Made by a program: the position numbers and the translations under genes. Shown here in pieces: positions 1 to 9,170 of a stretch of DNA of 32,000 nt (position 1 is its first letter; each line of letters starts with the position of its first letter). Where the stretch lies: positions 3,540,001 to 3,572,000 of the forward strand of contig NC_014148.1 in NCBI RefSeq assembly GCF_000092105.1, given 5' to 3'. This DNA is from Planctopirus limnophila DSM 3776. Lineage in GTDB: Bacteria; Planctomycetota; Planctomycetia; Planctomycetales; Planctomycetaceae. The notes below the pieces were generated by a model. It searched no databases. It saw only the letters and a list, made by a program, of their open reading frames with translations, and was not told the DNA's origin.

Positions 1-176
1 CTCTGGATGACCTTTCGCCATGCTCCGACATCGTGGATTCCATCGACTTACATGACGACACAACCCGGCAAATTCTTCTTTCTCAACGAGCTTGCCGGCC
101 CTCTCACAGCCGAATGCCACTAGGACACGCACAAACTTCAACCAGATCCAATACCTGACACTCAAGAGTTACTCCC

Positions 177-2099
177 ATGATGATGCGCTACTTATTCCTG
201 ACGATTTTCACTCTGCACTTGTCGACAGCACTGAATTCCACAGCGCTGGCTCAACCGTTGCCACGAGCCACGCCTGAATCGCAGGGGGTGGCCTCGGCTC
301 AGATTCAGAAATTCATTGAAGCTGCGGATCAGTCGATCAACACACTCCACAGCTTCATGTTGATCCGGCATGGAAAGGTGGTTGCCGAGTGCTGGTGGCA
401 ACCACAGACACCGACCACGCCGCATGTGATGCATTCGCTGAGCAAGAGTTTCACCTCGACGGCAATTGGGTTTGCAGTGAGCGAAGGGAGGCTCAGTGTG
501 GATGACCCGGTCATCAAGTTCTTCCCCGATCATCTTCCCGCTGAAGTTTCGCCCAATCTTAAGGCCATGCGGGTCAAGGATCTCCTCACCATGTCCACAG
601 GCCATGAGACCGAGCCCAGACTCATCGGTGGGCCTGAGGATTCGGGAATTCGCATGTTCCTGGCGCATCCTGTCCCCCATAAGCCGGGAACGCACTTCAA
701 GTACAACACACCCGCCACTTACATGCTCTCGGCAATCGTGCAGAAGGTCTCGGGTGAAAAGTTGATCGACTACCTGACTCCGCGTTTGTTCAAGCCCCTG
801 GGCATTGAAAACCCGGCCTGGTCGACCAGTGCTGAAGGAATCAACTACGGTGGGTTTGGTCTCATGATTACGACGGAAGACATCGCCCGTTTTGGCCTCT
901 TCGCACTGAATGAAGGGCAATGGAATGGCCAGCAACTTCTTCCGGCAGCGTGGATTCGCGAAGCCACTTCGAAGCATGTTTCGAATGGCAGCAATCCCCA
1001 AAGTGACTGGGAACAGGGCTATGGTTATCAGTTCTGGCGCTGCCGACACGGAGCCTTCCGAGGTGATGGCAAAGATGGACAGTTTTGCATTGTTTTGCCC
1101 GAGCAGGATGCGGTCATTGCGATCACAGCCCATACGAGCAATATGCAGGCGGAGTTAAACGTCGTCTGGGATCAACTACTGGCTGCGTTTCATGAAGCTC
1201 CACTGGCAGAAGATCCGGCGGCTCAAGCCCGTCTTAAGGAAGTCTCGTCCAAGCTTGTCGCTGGTCAACCGAAAGGGACGAGCAAACTGCTGCTCAGCCA
1301 GAAAATTCAGAGCGACATTTTGAAGAAGGAGATGAAGTACTCGATTTATCTTCCCGCGGGTTATGAAGGCTCGACGACTTCGTACCCAGTGCTCTATCTG
1401 CTCCACGGCTTTGGTGACGATGAAACGAGCTGGCAGTTGAAGGGAAACATGCAACCCCTCGCGGATGCCACCATTGCGACCCGCCGGGCACTTCCGATGA
1501 TCATCGTGATGCCCGATGCGGAGAAACGTTATTACATGAACAGCGTGATGGGCGAGTACATGTACGAAGATTATTTCATTAAGGAACTGATGCCGCATAT
1601 TGAGAAAACCTATCGCGTCAAAACAGATCGTGCTGATCGAGCACTTTCGGGCCTGTCGATGGGTGGTTATGGAAGCTTGCTTTATGCCCTGCACCATCCT
1701 GAGCTGTTTGCCTCCTGCTATGCCATGAGTGCCGGTGTTCGCTCGGATGAAGAAATGCGGGCGATTCCGTTTGCCGAGTTCAAAAAGCGGTACGTTCCTT
1801 CCGTCGGCGATCTTGAGGAAGGGGACGAACGGATCACTGAGTTTTACAATCGGAACAGTGTGCTGTACCTGCTGCCAAAAACGCCCGTGGAACAGCTCAA
1901 ACAGACACGCTGGTTCATCGATTGTGGGGACGACGACTTCCTTTACAAGGGAAATTCCCTGCTGCACATCACATTCAGCGACCTGAAAGTTCCGCATGAG
2001 TACCGTGTCCGTGACGGCGGGCACAACTGGAAGTACTGGCAACGCTCACTCCCGGATGCACTGGAGTTTGTCTCTGAATCGTTTTCGAAGGGGAAATAA
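177..2099 (+). CDS. Secreted two-domain hydrolase: N-terminal beta-lactamase-fold serine hydrolase fused to a C-terminal esterase-D/putative-esterase type alpha/beta hydrolase
   Basis: 640-aa ORF with a hydrophobic signal-like N-terminus (LFLTIFTLHLSTALNSTALAQP). It has the SxxK motif SLSKSF and the block FWRCRHGAFRGDGKDGQFCIVLP, typical of the class-C beta-lactamase/PBP-like family. The C-terminal half has YPVLYLLHGFGDDETSW, the nucleophile elbow GLSMGG, CGDDDF and GGHNW, a Ser-Asp-His pattern of putative-esterase-family enzymes. Confidence 0.85.
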   Translation: MMMRYLFLTIFTLHLSTALNSTALAQPLPRATPESQGVASAQIQKFIEAADQSINTLHSFMLIRHGKVVAECWWQPQTPTTPHVMHSLSKSFTSTAIGFAVSEGRLSVDDPVIKFFPDHLPAEVSPNLKAMRVKDLLTMSTGHETEPRLIGGPEDSGIRMFLAHPVPHKPGTHFKYNTPATYMLSAIVQKVSGEKLIDYLTPRLFKPLGIENPAWSTSAEGINYGGFGLMITTEDIARFGLFALNEGQWNGQQLLPAAWIREATSKHVSNGSNPQSDWEQGYGYQFWRCRHGAFRGDGKDGQFCIVLPEQDAVIAITAHTSNMQAELNVVWDQLLAAFHEAPLAEDPAAQARLKEVSSKLVAGQPKGTSKLLLSQKIQSDILKKEMKYSIYLPAGYEGSTTSYPVLYLLHGFGDDETSWQLKGNMQPLADATIATRRALPMIIVMPDAEKRYYMNSVMGEYMYEDYFIKELMPHIEKTYRVKTDRADRALSGLSMGGYGSLLYALHHPELFASCYAMSAGVRSDEEMRAIPFAEFKKRYVPSVGDLEEGDERITEFYNRNSVLYLLPKTPVEQLKQTRWFIDCGDDDFLYKGNSLLHITFSDLKVPHEYRVRDGGHNWKYWQRSLPDALEFVSESFSKGK

Positions 2100-2201
2100 T
2101 CCCGCATCGACAACCGCAGAGGTGAAAACGTTCCCTTTTCGTCACTGCTCGATCTGCATAGAATCTGGGAGTCCCGAGTTAACTACCTGTTTCCCGGAAG
2201 A

Positions 2202-2564
2202 GTGACCTTGAGCGAATTCGTTGAGCCGCTGGGAAAGCGAATTCTGATCCGTAAAGACGAGAGCAAGCAAAAGACCCGCGGCGGGATTGTGTTGCCGGAT
2301 CAGGCTGAAATTCCGACGATTACCGGCCGCGTGGTGGAAATCAGTGTGTTGATCGAGCGCGATCTCGACTTCCCGGTGAAGAAATACGACAAGGTGTTGT
2401 TTCACCCGAAGAATGCCATTCCGGTCGATTTTGAGCCCGACAATCTGCTGTATGTGGTTCCGATTGAAGATGTGGTTGCCGTTTTTCGCCGGTCGGAACC
2501 TGTACGTCCCCCTCGTAAGTCAAAAGGCAAGAAAGATATCGAACCTGACGAGTTGGGCGAATAG
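2202..2564 (+). CDS. groES: Co-chaperonin GroES/Cpn10 family protein, a divergent paralogue with a basic C-terminal tail
   Basis: 120-aa ORF. The track uses a GTG start; TTG at 2208 is an alternative. PLGKRILIRKDE, KTRGGIVLPDQA (mobile-loop region), ITGRVVEIS, YDKVLF and LLYVVPIEDVVAVF follow the GroES beta-barrel pattern. There is an extra Arg/Lys/Pro-rich tail of about 25 aa. No groEL is present in the window. Confidence 0.7.
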   Translation: MTLSEFVEPLGKRILIRKDESKQKTRGGIVLPDQAEIPTITGRVVEISVLIERDLDFPVKKYDKVLFHPKNAIPVDFEPDNLLYVVPIEDVVAVFRRSEPVRPPRKSKGKKDIEPDELGE

Positions 2565-2691
2565 TTTTGCCGCCGTCATGTTGTGGAAGCTGGTTTTCAC
2601 TGTGGCGACAGTGCGAACAGTCCATGTGATTGAGCATCAGTCGTCGAGAATCTGGTGACGACCTTCCATCACGAAACCCCAATTGTGAACG

Positions 2692-4332
2692 ATGGGTAGT
2701 CTCCCGTATTGGGCGAATAGCGGTCCGAGGAAACATTCGATGTCGGGTTCAGCCACTCCTGAAGAACGATCTGCCTCTCCCACATTACGCCGCTGGATCT
2801 GGCCTGGAGTGACGCTGCTGCTGGCAGGAGTCGCTCAAACAGCACTCTATCTGACGTACAGTGAAGATCGCACCATGCTCATCATGACGACGCTCTTCGT
2901 CTGGCCAGCGACGATTTTCTCATTGTTGCTCTGGTGGGTTTTCGGCTCTGGATTCACCTGGAAGTCGCGTCTTATTGGTTTAGGAAGCCTGCTCTTCGTT
3001 GGCGGGCTGGTGATGTCAGTCGCCACGATTGAAGGCTTCAATGGCGATATGGTGCCTCGCGTCGTGTGGCGTTGGGCCCCCAAAGCGGAAGCTGCTGCCC
3101 GAAACGTTCCTGTCGCTCCTCAAGAGGGAGCTGTTGCCACACCTGTTCTCACCGCCGGGCCGGGAGACTGGGTTCAATTTCGCGGGCCGGATCGCGCGGG
3201 TGTGGCCTCCGGAGTGACTATCCCTCTGTCTTGGAGTGAAGCCACTCCTCCGAAGAAACTTTGGGGCAAGCCGATTGGTGTCGGCTGGTCGAGCTTTGCC
3301 GTCATTGGAGACCGGATCTTCACGCAAACGCAGGTCGAGCAGGAAGAGCAGGTGCTCTGCCTCGATCTGGCCACGGGCAACGTTCTCTGGAAGCATGCCG
3401 ATCAGACCCGCTTTTCGGAAGCGATGGGTGGTGACGGCCCCAGAGCCACTCCCACGTTTCTCGAAGGCAAACTGTATACTCTCGGTGCGACTGGCATACT
3501 GAACACTTTCGATGCGGCTACAGGAAAAGTTTTGTGGTCGACGAACATTCTCAAGGATGCCGACGCCACCAATATCCCCTGGGCCATGGCCGGTTCACCT
3601 CTGATTGAAGATGGCCTCGTCATTGTCAATCCTGGTGGAAAAGACGGCCATTCGATTGCTGCGTATCGTGCGACGGATGGCCAGCTCATGTGGTCTGTCG
3701 GCGATTACGAAGCCAGCTACACAGCGCCACGGGTGGAGACGATTCACGGCGTTCGCCAGGTTCTCGTCTTCCATGCTGCTGGTCTTTCCGGGCTGGATCC
3801 AAAAACTGGCAAAGAATTCTGGATGTTCCCCTGGGTCAACCAGCCCAAGGTCAACGCCTGCCAGCCGATTCTCCTCCCTGATCAATCGCTCTTTCTCTCC
3901 TGCGGCTACTCGGTGGGGAGTGCCCGAATCGAGCTCACACCTGCCGAACCTTCGTGGCAGGTCAAACCAATCTGGAAGACCAATAAATTCCGGTTGAAGT
4001 TCAACGATGGAATTCTCAAAGACGGCTACATCTATGGCCTTGATGAAAACCGCCTCGCCTGCCTCGACATCGCGACGGGAAAGATCAAGTGGAAGGGCCC
4101 ACCTTATGGCTATGGTCAGATCCTGATGACAGATAACTCGATCCTCGTCAGTTGTGAAAATGGCGAGCTGGCACTCGTGGAACCAACTCCCGAAAAGTTT
4201 GTCGAAATCACGAAGTTCCGTGTTCTACCCGATGCAACCACCTGGGCTCATCCGGTCATCGCCCACGGCAAGCTCCTCGTACGCAACAATCAGGAACTCG
4301 CCTGCTATCAGGTGGAAACCCCGCCTCAATAG
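2692..4332 (+). CDS. Membrane-anchored PQQ-like (BamB-type) beta-propeller repeat protein
   Basis: 546-aa ORF. The N-terminal ~110 aa contain about 4 hydrophobic helices (VTLLLAGVAQTALYL, LIMTTLFVWPATIFSLLLWWVF, LIGLGSLLFVGGLVMSV). The rest shows repeated G-x-VLW / G-x-x-W / G-K-L blade signatures (TGNVLWKH, TGKVLWST, DGQLMWSV, TGKEFWMF, TGKIKWKG, AHGKLLVRN). The start is uncertain; ATG at 2740 is also possible. Confidence 0.8.
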   Translation: MGSLPYWANSGPRKHSMSGSATPEERSASPTLRRWIWPGVTLLLAGVAQTALYLTYSEDRTMLIMTTLFVWPATIFSLLLWWVFGSGFTWKSRLIGLGSLLFVGGLVMSVATIEGFNGDMVPRVVWRWAPKAEAAARNVPVAPQEGAVATPVLTAGPGDWVQFRGPDRAGVASGVTIPLSWSEATPPKKLWGKPIGVGWSSFAVIGDRIFTQTQVEQEEQVLCLDLATGNVLWKHADQTRFSEAMGGDGPRATPTFLEGKLYTLGATGILNTFDAATGKVLWSTNILKDADATNIPWAMAGSPLIEDGLVIVNPGGKDGHSIAAYRATDGQLMWSVGDYEASYTAPRVETIHGVRQVLVFHAAGLSGLDPKTGKEFWMFPWVNQPKVNACQPILLPDQSLFLSCGYSVGSARIELTPAEPSWQVKPIWKTNKFRLKFNDGILKDGYIYGLDENRLACLDIATGKIKWKGPPYGYGQILMTDNSILVSCENGELALVEPTPEKFVEITKFRVLPDATTWAHPVIAHGKLLVRNNQELACYQVETPPQ

Positions 4333-4489
4333 ATTGGCCGGATGAATCCATCTTCACTCAGCGACTGAGGCTTGCCCCTGTGGCTCTCCTCTATGTTCGA
4401 CATTCGTCGCTGCGACTGGCCACAGCATCTGATATCATCAATTGTCGATGCTTCGATATTGACCGTATCAGCCCGAGGATCAATCCGCT

Positions 4490-7400
4490 GTGACTTCTTC
4501 CAAATTCATTGCTCTAGCTTTCGCCAGCTTTCTGTTGACCAGCGTCACTATTCACGTTTCTCCGCTTGACGCTCAGACGAACTCTTCCCGTGAAGAATCC
4601 CTGGCGGCTCAATCAACAGCTTCTACCCCAGCCGATTCTTCCAGCGCATTCCCTGCCCCCTTCAATACCGAGAAATCATCGACCGATTCCTCAATGCCAG
4701 CAGGCGAAGCAGCAGCGAAAACAGAGGTCCCCTCGGGGCTCAAGGTGAATGTTTTTGCCACCGAACCCGATGTTCAAAACCCGATTGCCATGTGCTGGGA
4801 TTCTCTGGGCCGGCTGTGGATCCTGGAGAACTACACTTACGCCGAACGCACACAACGATTCGAACCGACACTGCGCGACCGGTTGCTGATTCTTGAAGAC
4901 AAAGACCGTGACGGAGTCATGGACCAGCGGAAAGTCTTCACTGACGACATCCGGCAATGCACCAGCATCGCCATTGGTCATGGCGGAGTCTGGCTGCTCG
5001 CTTTGCCGCAACTGATTTTCATTCCCGATGCCAACCATGACGACATTCCCGATGGCCCGGCTCAGGTGATGCTCGACGGCTTCGAAGTGGCCCGCGAAAA
5101 CCATCACAACTTTGCCAATGGCCTCAAATGGGGGCCGGATGGCTGGCTCTATGGCCGCTGTGGTGGTTCCTGCCCGGCTCGTGTTGGTCTCCCCGATGCT
5201 CCTCCCGAAGAACGTGTGGCTCTCGAAGGGGGCATATGGCGCTATCATCCTGTCTCGCGCGAGGTCGAAGTTCTTACCACCGGGACGACCAATCCCTGGG
5301 GACACGACTGGAACGCGTTCTACGAGATTTTCTTCGTCAACACCGTCAATGGCCACCTCTGGCATGCGATCCCCGGCGCGCACTATACGAGACCCTTCAC
5401 GCTCGACCCGAATACCCGCACCTATGGGCTGATTGATCAACATGCCGACCATTATCACTTTGATACGGGAAAGAGCTGGACAGCCTCACGCGATGGCGCG
5501 GCCAGTTCACTGGGCGGCGGCCATGCTCATTCGGGAACGATGATCTACCTGGGCGGCCAATGGCCAGAAGAATACCGGGGCCAGCTATTCACGTTGAATT
5601 TCCATGGTCGGCGCATCAATGTCGAACAACTCGATCGCGAAGGGAGCGGCTACGTCGCTCGCCATAAACCCGATATGTTCCTCTCACCCGATGCGTGGTT
5701 CCGAGGCATCGATCTCGATTATGGGCCGGATGGCAATGTCTATGTGCTCGACTGGAGCGATACCGGAGAATGCCACGAACATACCGGCGTGCATCGCACC
5801 AGCGGTCGCATTTATCGCATCAGTTCCACCAGCAACTCACCACTTCCGCCCAAACCGCCCAACAAAACAGTTCCATTCCATGCCGTGAATGATTTACTGC
5901 TGGTGCCTTTACTGCAATCCACCAATGAGTGGGATGTTCGTCAGGCTCGCCTGGAGCTGGCCCATCGAGCCCGTGCCAAGACCTTAGACCCCGAGACTTT
6001 CTCGACGCTGCAGCAGCTCTTTGCCGAAATGGACAAGTCCAGCGCTGGCAAAGCTCCCGAAGAGTTTGCGCAGGCACAGCTGCGCCTGCTGGTGACCATC
6101 GGGACGATTGCCGGTATGCAGCAGCAAAGCCTGCCGCCGCAAACTTTGGCGCTGGCACTACAATCGCCTCATGAATCGGTACGTGCGTGGGCGATTCGAC
6201 TGGCCACGGATCGGCTTCCCATCGACGACGCAATGAGCCGGCAGCGCTCGCGATCAGCCGCTGAGCAGGCAGCGATACTGCTCCATGCCCGTCAGCAATT
6301 GCCCATGTTGCTGGAACGAGCCCAGCACGATCCATCGCCCTTCGTGCGGCTGGTTCTTGCTTCCACTTTGCAGCGATTGCCAGTCGAACTCAGGCCGCAA
6401 CTGGCCGCTTTGCTGATGAAAGATGCTCGCGATGATAACGATCACAATCTGCCACTCATGGTCTGGTATGGGCTGATTCCTGTCGCTGAAGCGGTACCTC
6501 AAGAACTGGTAAAAGTCTTTCAGGAGAGCCAATGGCCTTCTGTGCGGCAGAAGATAGTTCGTCGGCTGGCAGAAGATCTGGAATCGCATCCAGAACACGT
6601 CGATGCCCTCGTCGCAAAGGTCGTCCAGCAGAAAGATCCCGCTCAGTTGTTTGATCTCGCGGCGGGACTGACCGATGGTCTCAAAGGCTGGCGAAAAGCC
6701 AAAGCCCCCAATGCGTGGCCTCAAGTGATCGCTGTCGTAGAAGCGACGCCGATGTTATCGAACGATGCCAAACTCAAGACGCTGCTCACCGACCTGAATC
6801 TGCTTTTTGGCGATGGCCGGGCCATGGCCGATGTCCGCCGGGTCGCGACGGATAGCCAGTCCGATCCTGCCAATCGTCTTGCGGCCCTGGCCACACTTTC
6901 TGAAAATCATCCCGACGATCTTGACCAGATCCTCGTGCCACTGCTGAAGGAAGCCCGCTTCAATGTGGCGGCTGCCAAAGGCCTTGCCAACTGGAATCAT
7001 CCCCGGGCCAATCGCCCACAGATTGGCCAGCAGATTGTGGCGAGTTATCGCTCTTTCCGAGCCCCCGTCCGCCCCGAAATCATTTCGTTACTGGCCACTC
7101 GCCGGGAATATGCTCAAGCTCTCATCAAGGGACTCGAAGAGGGGAGAATTCCTACGGCTGATATCACCGCTTTCGACGTGCGCCAAATGCGGGCCTTGAA
7201 GGATCCAGCACTCGACGAAGCTTTGACCAAGCTCTGGGGGGAAGCTCGCGAAACCACGGCTGATAAGCGTCTGGCCATTGAGCAGCTCAAGGAAAAACTG
7301 ACTGGCGAAACTCTGGCCAAAGCCTCGCTGGGCGATGGCCGCGTGCTCTTTACTACGCATTGTGCCAAATGTCACAAACTCTATGGCGAAGGGGGCGCGA

Positions 7401-7744
7401 TTGGCCCCGATCTGACAGGCGCGCAGCGATCGAATCTCGATTACCTGCTGGAAAACATTCTCGACCCGAGCAGTGTGGTTTCCAAAGATTACCGCATGTC
7501 GGTGGCTGAACTCGAAGATGGCCGCGTCCTTTCGGGCATTATTGTCGAGCAGACACCACGAACGCTCACACTGCAGACTCAGACAGAAAAATTGACGATT
7601 GAGCGAAGTGAGATTGTGGAACTGACGCCGACAAATTTATCACCCATGCCGGATGGCATTCTCCAGCCACTCAGTGAATCCCAGATTCGCGACCTGATCG
7701 CTTACCTCAAGCATCCCCAACAGGTGGCCCTGCCGGCTCGCTGA
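4490..7744 (+). CDS. PVC-type heme-binding CxxCH protein: membrane-bound-dehydrogenase-like beta-propeller, HEAT-repeat region and C-terminal cytochrome c domain
   Basis: 1084-aa ORF with a GTG start and signal peptide (FIALAFASFLLTSVTIHVSPLDAQ). The N-terminal block VFATEPDVQNPIAMCWDSLGRLWILEN is typical of the Planctomycete/Verrucomicrobial putative membrane-bound dehydrogenase domain. A long alpha-helical HEAT-like middle follows. The C-terminal HCAKCHKLYGEGGAIGPDLTG...LLENILDPS matches the Pirellula/Verrucomicrobium-type heme-binding domain pattern. Confidence 0.88.
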   Translation: MTSSKFIALAFASFLLTSVTIHVSPLDAQTNSSREESLAAQSTASTPADSSSAFPAPFNTEKSSTDSSMPAGEAAAKTEVPSGLKVNVFATEPDVQNPIAMCWDSLGRLWILENYTYAERTQRFEPTLRDRLLILEDKDRDGVMDQRKVFTDDIRQCTSIAIGHGGVWLLALPQLIFIPDANHDDIPDGPAQVMLDGFEVARENHHNFANGLKWGPDGWLYGRCGGSCPARVGLPDAPPEERVALEGGIWRYHPVSREVEVLTTGTTNPWGHDWNAFYEIFFVNTVNGHLWHAIPGAHYTRPFTLDPNTRTYGLIDQHADHYHFDTGKSWTASRDGAASSLGGGHAHSGTMIYLGGQWPEEYRGQLFTLNFHGRRINVEQLDREGSGYVARHKPDMFLSPDAWFRGIDLDYGPDGNVYVLDWSDTGECHEHTGVHRTSGRIYRISSTSNSPLPPKPPNKTVPFHAVNDLLLVPLLQSTNEWDVRQARLELAHRARAKTLDPETFSTLQQLFAEMDKSSAGKAPEEFAQAQLRLLVTIGTIAGMQQQSLPPQTLALALQSPHESVRAWAIRLATDRLPIDDAMSRQRSRSAAEQAAILLHARQQLPMLLERAQHDPSPFVRLVLASTLQRLPVELRPQLAALLMKDARDDNDHNLPLMVWYGLIPVAEAVPQELVKVFQESQWPSVRQKIVRRLAEDLESHPEHVDALVAKVVQQKDPAQLFDLAAGLTDGLKGWRKAKAPNAWPQVIAVVEATPMLSNDAKLKTLLTDLNLLFGDGRAMADVRRVATDSQSDPANRLAALATLSENHPDDLDQILVPLLKEARFNVAAAKGLANWNHPRANRPQIGQQIVASYRSFRAPVRPEIISLLATRREYAQALIKGLEEGRIPTADITAFDVRQMRALKDPALDEALTKLWGEARETTADKRLAIEQLKEKLTGETLAKASLGDGRVLFTTHCAKCHKLYGEGGAIGPDLTGAQRSNLDYLLENILDPSSVVSKDYRMSVAELEDGRVLSGIIVEQTPRTLTLQTQTEKLTIERSEIVELTPTNLSPMPDGILQPLSESQIRDLIAYLKHPQQVALPAR

Positions 7745-7843
7745 ACGAGAAATTCTTCGTTCATAAACACATGCTCACCATGATGCTTTTTGCGAAATGC
7801 TCAAAAATGCGGGTGGGGCTTATCGGCAAAAGATAAACCGTTC

Positions 7844-7873
7844 TTGACTGAAAATTCGATTTTCTTCTAAAAC
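7844..7873 (+). promoter_or_regulatory. Possible sigma70-like promoter for the PPIase gene
   Basis: TTGACT at 7844-7849 and TAAAAC at 7868-7873 (18-nt spacer), about 90 nt upstream of the 7963 start. This is motif resemblance only. Confidence 0.2.
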
Positions 7874-7962
7874 GCCATAAGTCGCTCGACGGCAGGATTT
7901 CCATTGAGGAATTCCCCTGGCCTTTTAGAGCCGAATGTTCACTTAACTTCAGGGGAAGAATC

Positions 7963-9096
7963 ATGGGTGAAGGGATGCACCTCGAGACCAATACACCGGC
8001 TCCGGCAGCCGCCAAAAAGCCAAAATCCAAATGGATTAAGCCAGTCGCTTTCATCGCAGGGACTGCTGCCATTCTCACTGCCGGCGGATTCGTCATGCAG
8101 TCGATGAGCCCGAAAGTGGGTCAGGCTGCGACGGAAACAGCTGGAAAGGCTACGCCAACCACAGATCGCCCGGTGAAGGTGATGGCTCGCGTTAATAAGG
8201 AAATCATTCCTTTTGACATGGTCGCTGAAGAATGCGTTGCCCGATATGGCAAGGAAGTTCTCGACGACATTATCAATCGCACCATGATCCAGCAGGCCTG
8301 CGAAGCCGCTGGCGTGACCGTGACCGAAGAAGAAGTCACCGCCGAAATCAATCGCATTGCCAAGCGTTTCAACCTGGATGTCAACAACTGGTATCAGATG
8401 CTTCAGGCTGAACGCGGCATCAATCCTCAGCAGTATCGCCGCAGCGTGATCTGGCCGATGCTGGCACTGAAGAAGCTCGCCAGCGAAAAAATCGACATCA
8501 AGGAAGAAGAGCTGAATCGCGCCTTTGTTCGCAACTACGGCCCTCGCGTCAAGGCCCGCATGATTCTCATGGATAACCTCCGCCGCGCGACGACCGTGTG
8601 GGAAAAGGCGAATGCTGACGCTGATAACTTTGAAAAGTACGCTCAGGAATTCTCGATCGATCCCCAGAGCCGGGCACTTGGTGGCTCCGTCCCACCGATT
8701 CCCAAGTACTCTGGCAACGACAGCCTCGAAAAGGCCGCCTTTGCTCTGAAGGAAGGCGAAATCTCCGGCGTGATCGAAGTGGGCCCCAGCCGCTTTGCGA
8801 TTATCAAGTGCGAAGGCCGCACGGTTCCTACGGTCAACGAACTGACTCAGGAAATCCGCGATTCACTCTACGACGAACTTGCGGAACAGAAGACACAGGT
8901 CTCTGTCGCCAAGACCTTCGAAGAAATCCAGAAGTCGACACGCATCGACAATTACCTGACTGCCACAGTGACCGGCCCGGATCGTGTTCCCGCCGCCAAT
9001 GCTCCTGGTGCGAACGCACCCGGTGCTCCTCAGCAGCCAGCCGCTCCGACAGGCGCCGTTCGCCTCGGAAATCGTCCTGCGAATAATGGCAACTGA
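7963..9096 (+). CDS. Membrane-anchored SurA/PrsA-like peptidyl-prolyl cis-trans isomerase (parvulin type)
   Basis: 377-aa ORF with GGGGAAG about 5 nt upstream of the ATG and an N-terminal TM segment (VAFIAGTAAILTAGGFV). It has a SurA-N-like chaperone region (INRTMIQQACEAAGVTVTEEEVTAEINRIAKRF) and a PPIC rotamase block (FEKYAQEFSIDPQSRALGGSVPPI...ISGVIEVGPSRFAIIKCEGR). The tail is low-complexity, Ala/Pro-rich. Confidence 0.85.
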   Translation: MGEGMHLETNTPAPAAAKKPKSKWIKPVAFIAGTAAILTAGGFVMQSMSPKVGQAATETAGKATPTTDRPVKVMARVNKEIIPFDMVAEECVARYGKEVLDDIINRTMIQQACEAAGVTVTEEEVTAEINRIAKRFNLDVNNWYQMLQAERGINPQQYRRSVIWPMLALKKLASEKIDIKEEELNRAFVRNYGPRVKARMILMDNLRRATTVWEKANADADNFEKYAQEFSIDPQSRALGGSVPPIPKYSGNDSLEKAAFALKEGEISGVIEVGPSRFAIIKCEGRTVPTVNELTQEIRDSLYDELAEQKTQVSVAKTFEEIQKSTRIDNYLTATVTGPDRVPAANAPGANAPGAPQQPAAPTGAVRLGNRPANNGN

Positions 9097-9145
9097 TTGA
9101 TCACAAACATCGCTTGATCAAGACAGATTGACTCAACCCCTGCAG

Positions 9146-9170
9146 CCCGGCTTCTCCATAAGAAGCCGGG
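9146..9170 (+). terminator. GC-rich hairpin downstream of the PPIase gene (candidate intrinsic terminator)
   Basis: A perfect 9-bp stem CCCGGCTTC / GAAGCCGGG with a 7-nt loop lies 50 nt after the stop codon. The following tract (CCTGTGTCATTTGA) is only partially T-rich. Confidence 0.5.

Noticed and set aside
1-85. Possible 5' end of a minus-strand gene running off the left edge (in-frame GTG at 61-59, ATG at 43-41 and 31-29; upstream stop at 85-83)
   Set aside because: Only 10-20 codons are visible, so neither coding potential nor product can be assessed.
192-2042. Long minus-strand ORFs (192-1133, 313 aa; 1176-2042, 288 aa) antisense to the hydrolase gene
   Set aside because: They lie entirely inside a plus-strand ORF with clear catalytic motifs. 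Their translations are Arg/Cys/His-rich with no motifs, which is typical of shadow ORFs in moderately GC-rich DNA. The same reasoning applies to 4691-5458, 5820-6335, 6254-6724, 10031-10480, 11515-12018, 12742-13200, 12867-13388, 13448-13894, 15225-15635, 15493-15876, 17564-17941, 20344-20679, 22979-23866 and 25382-25972.
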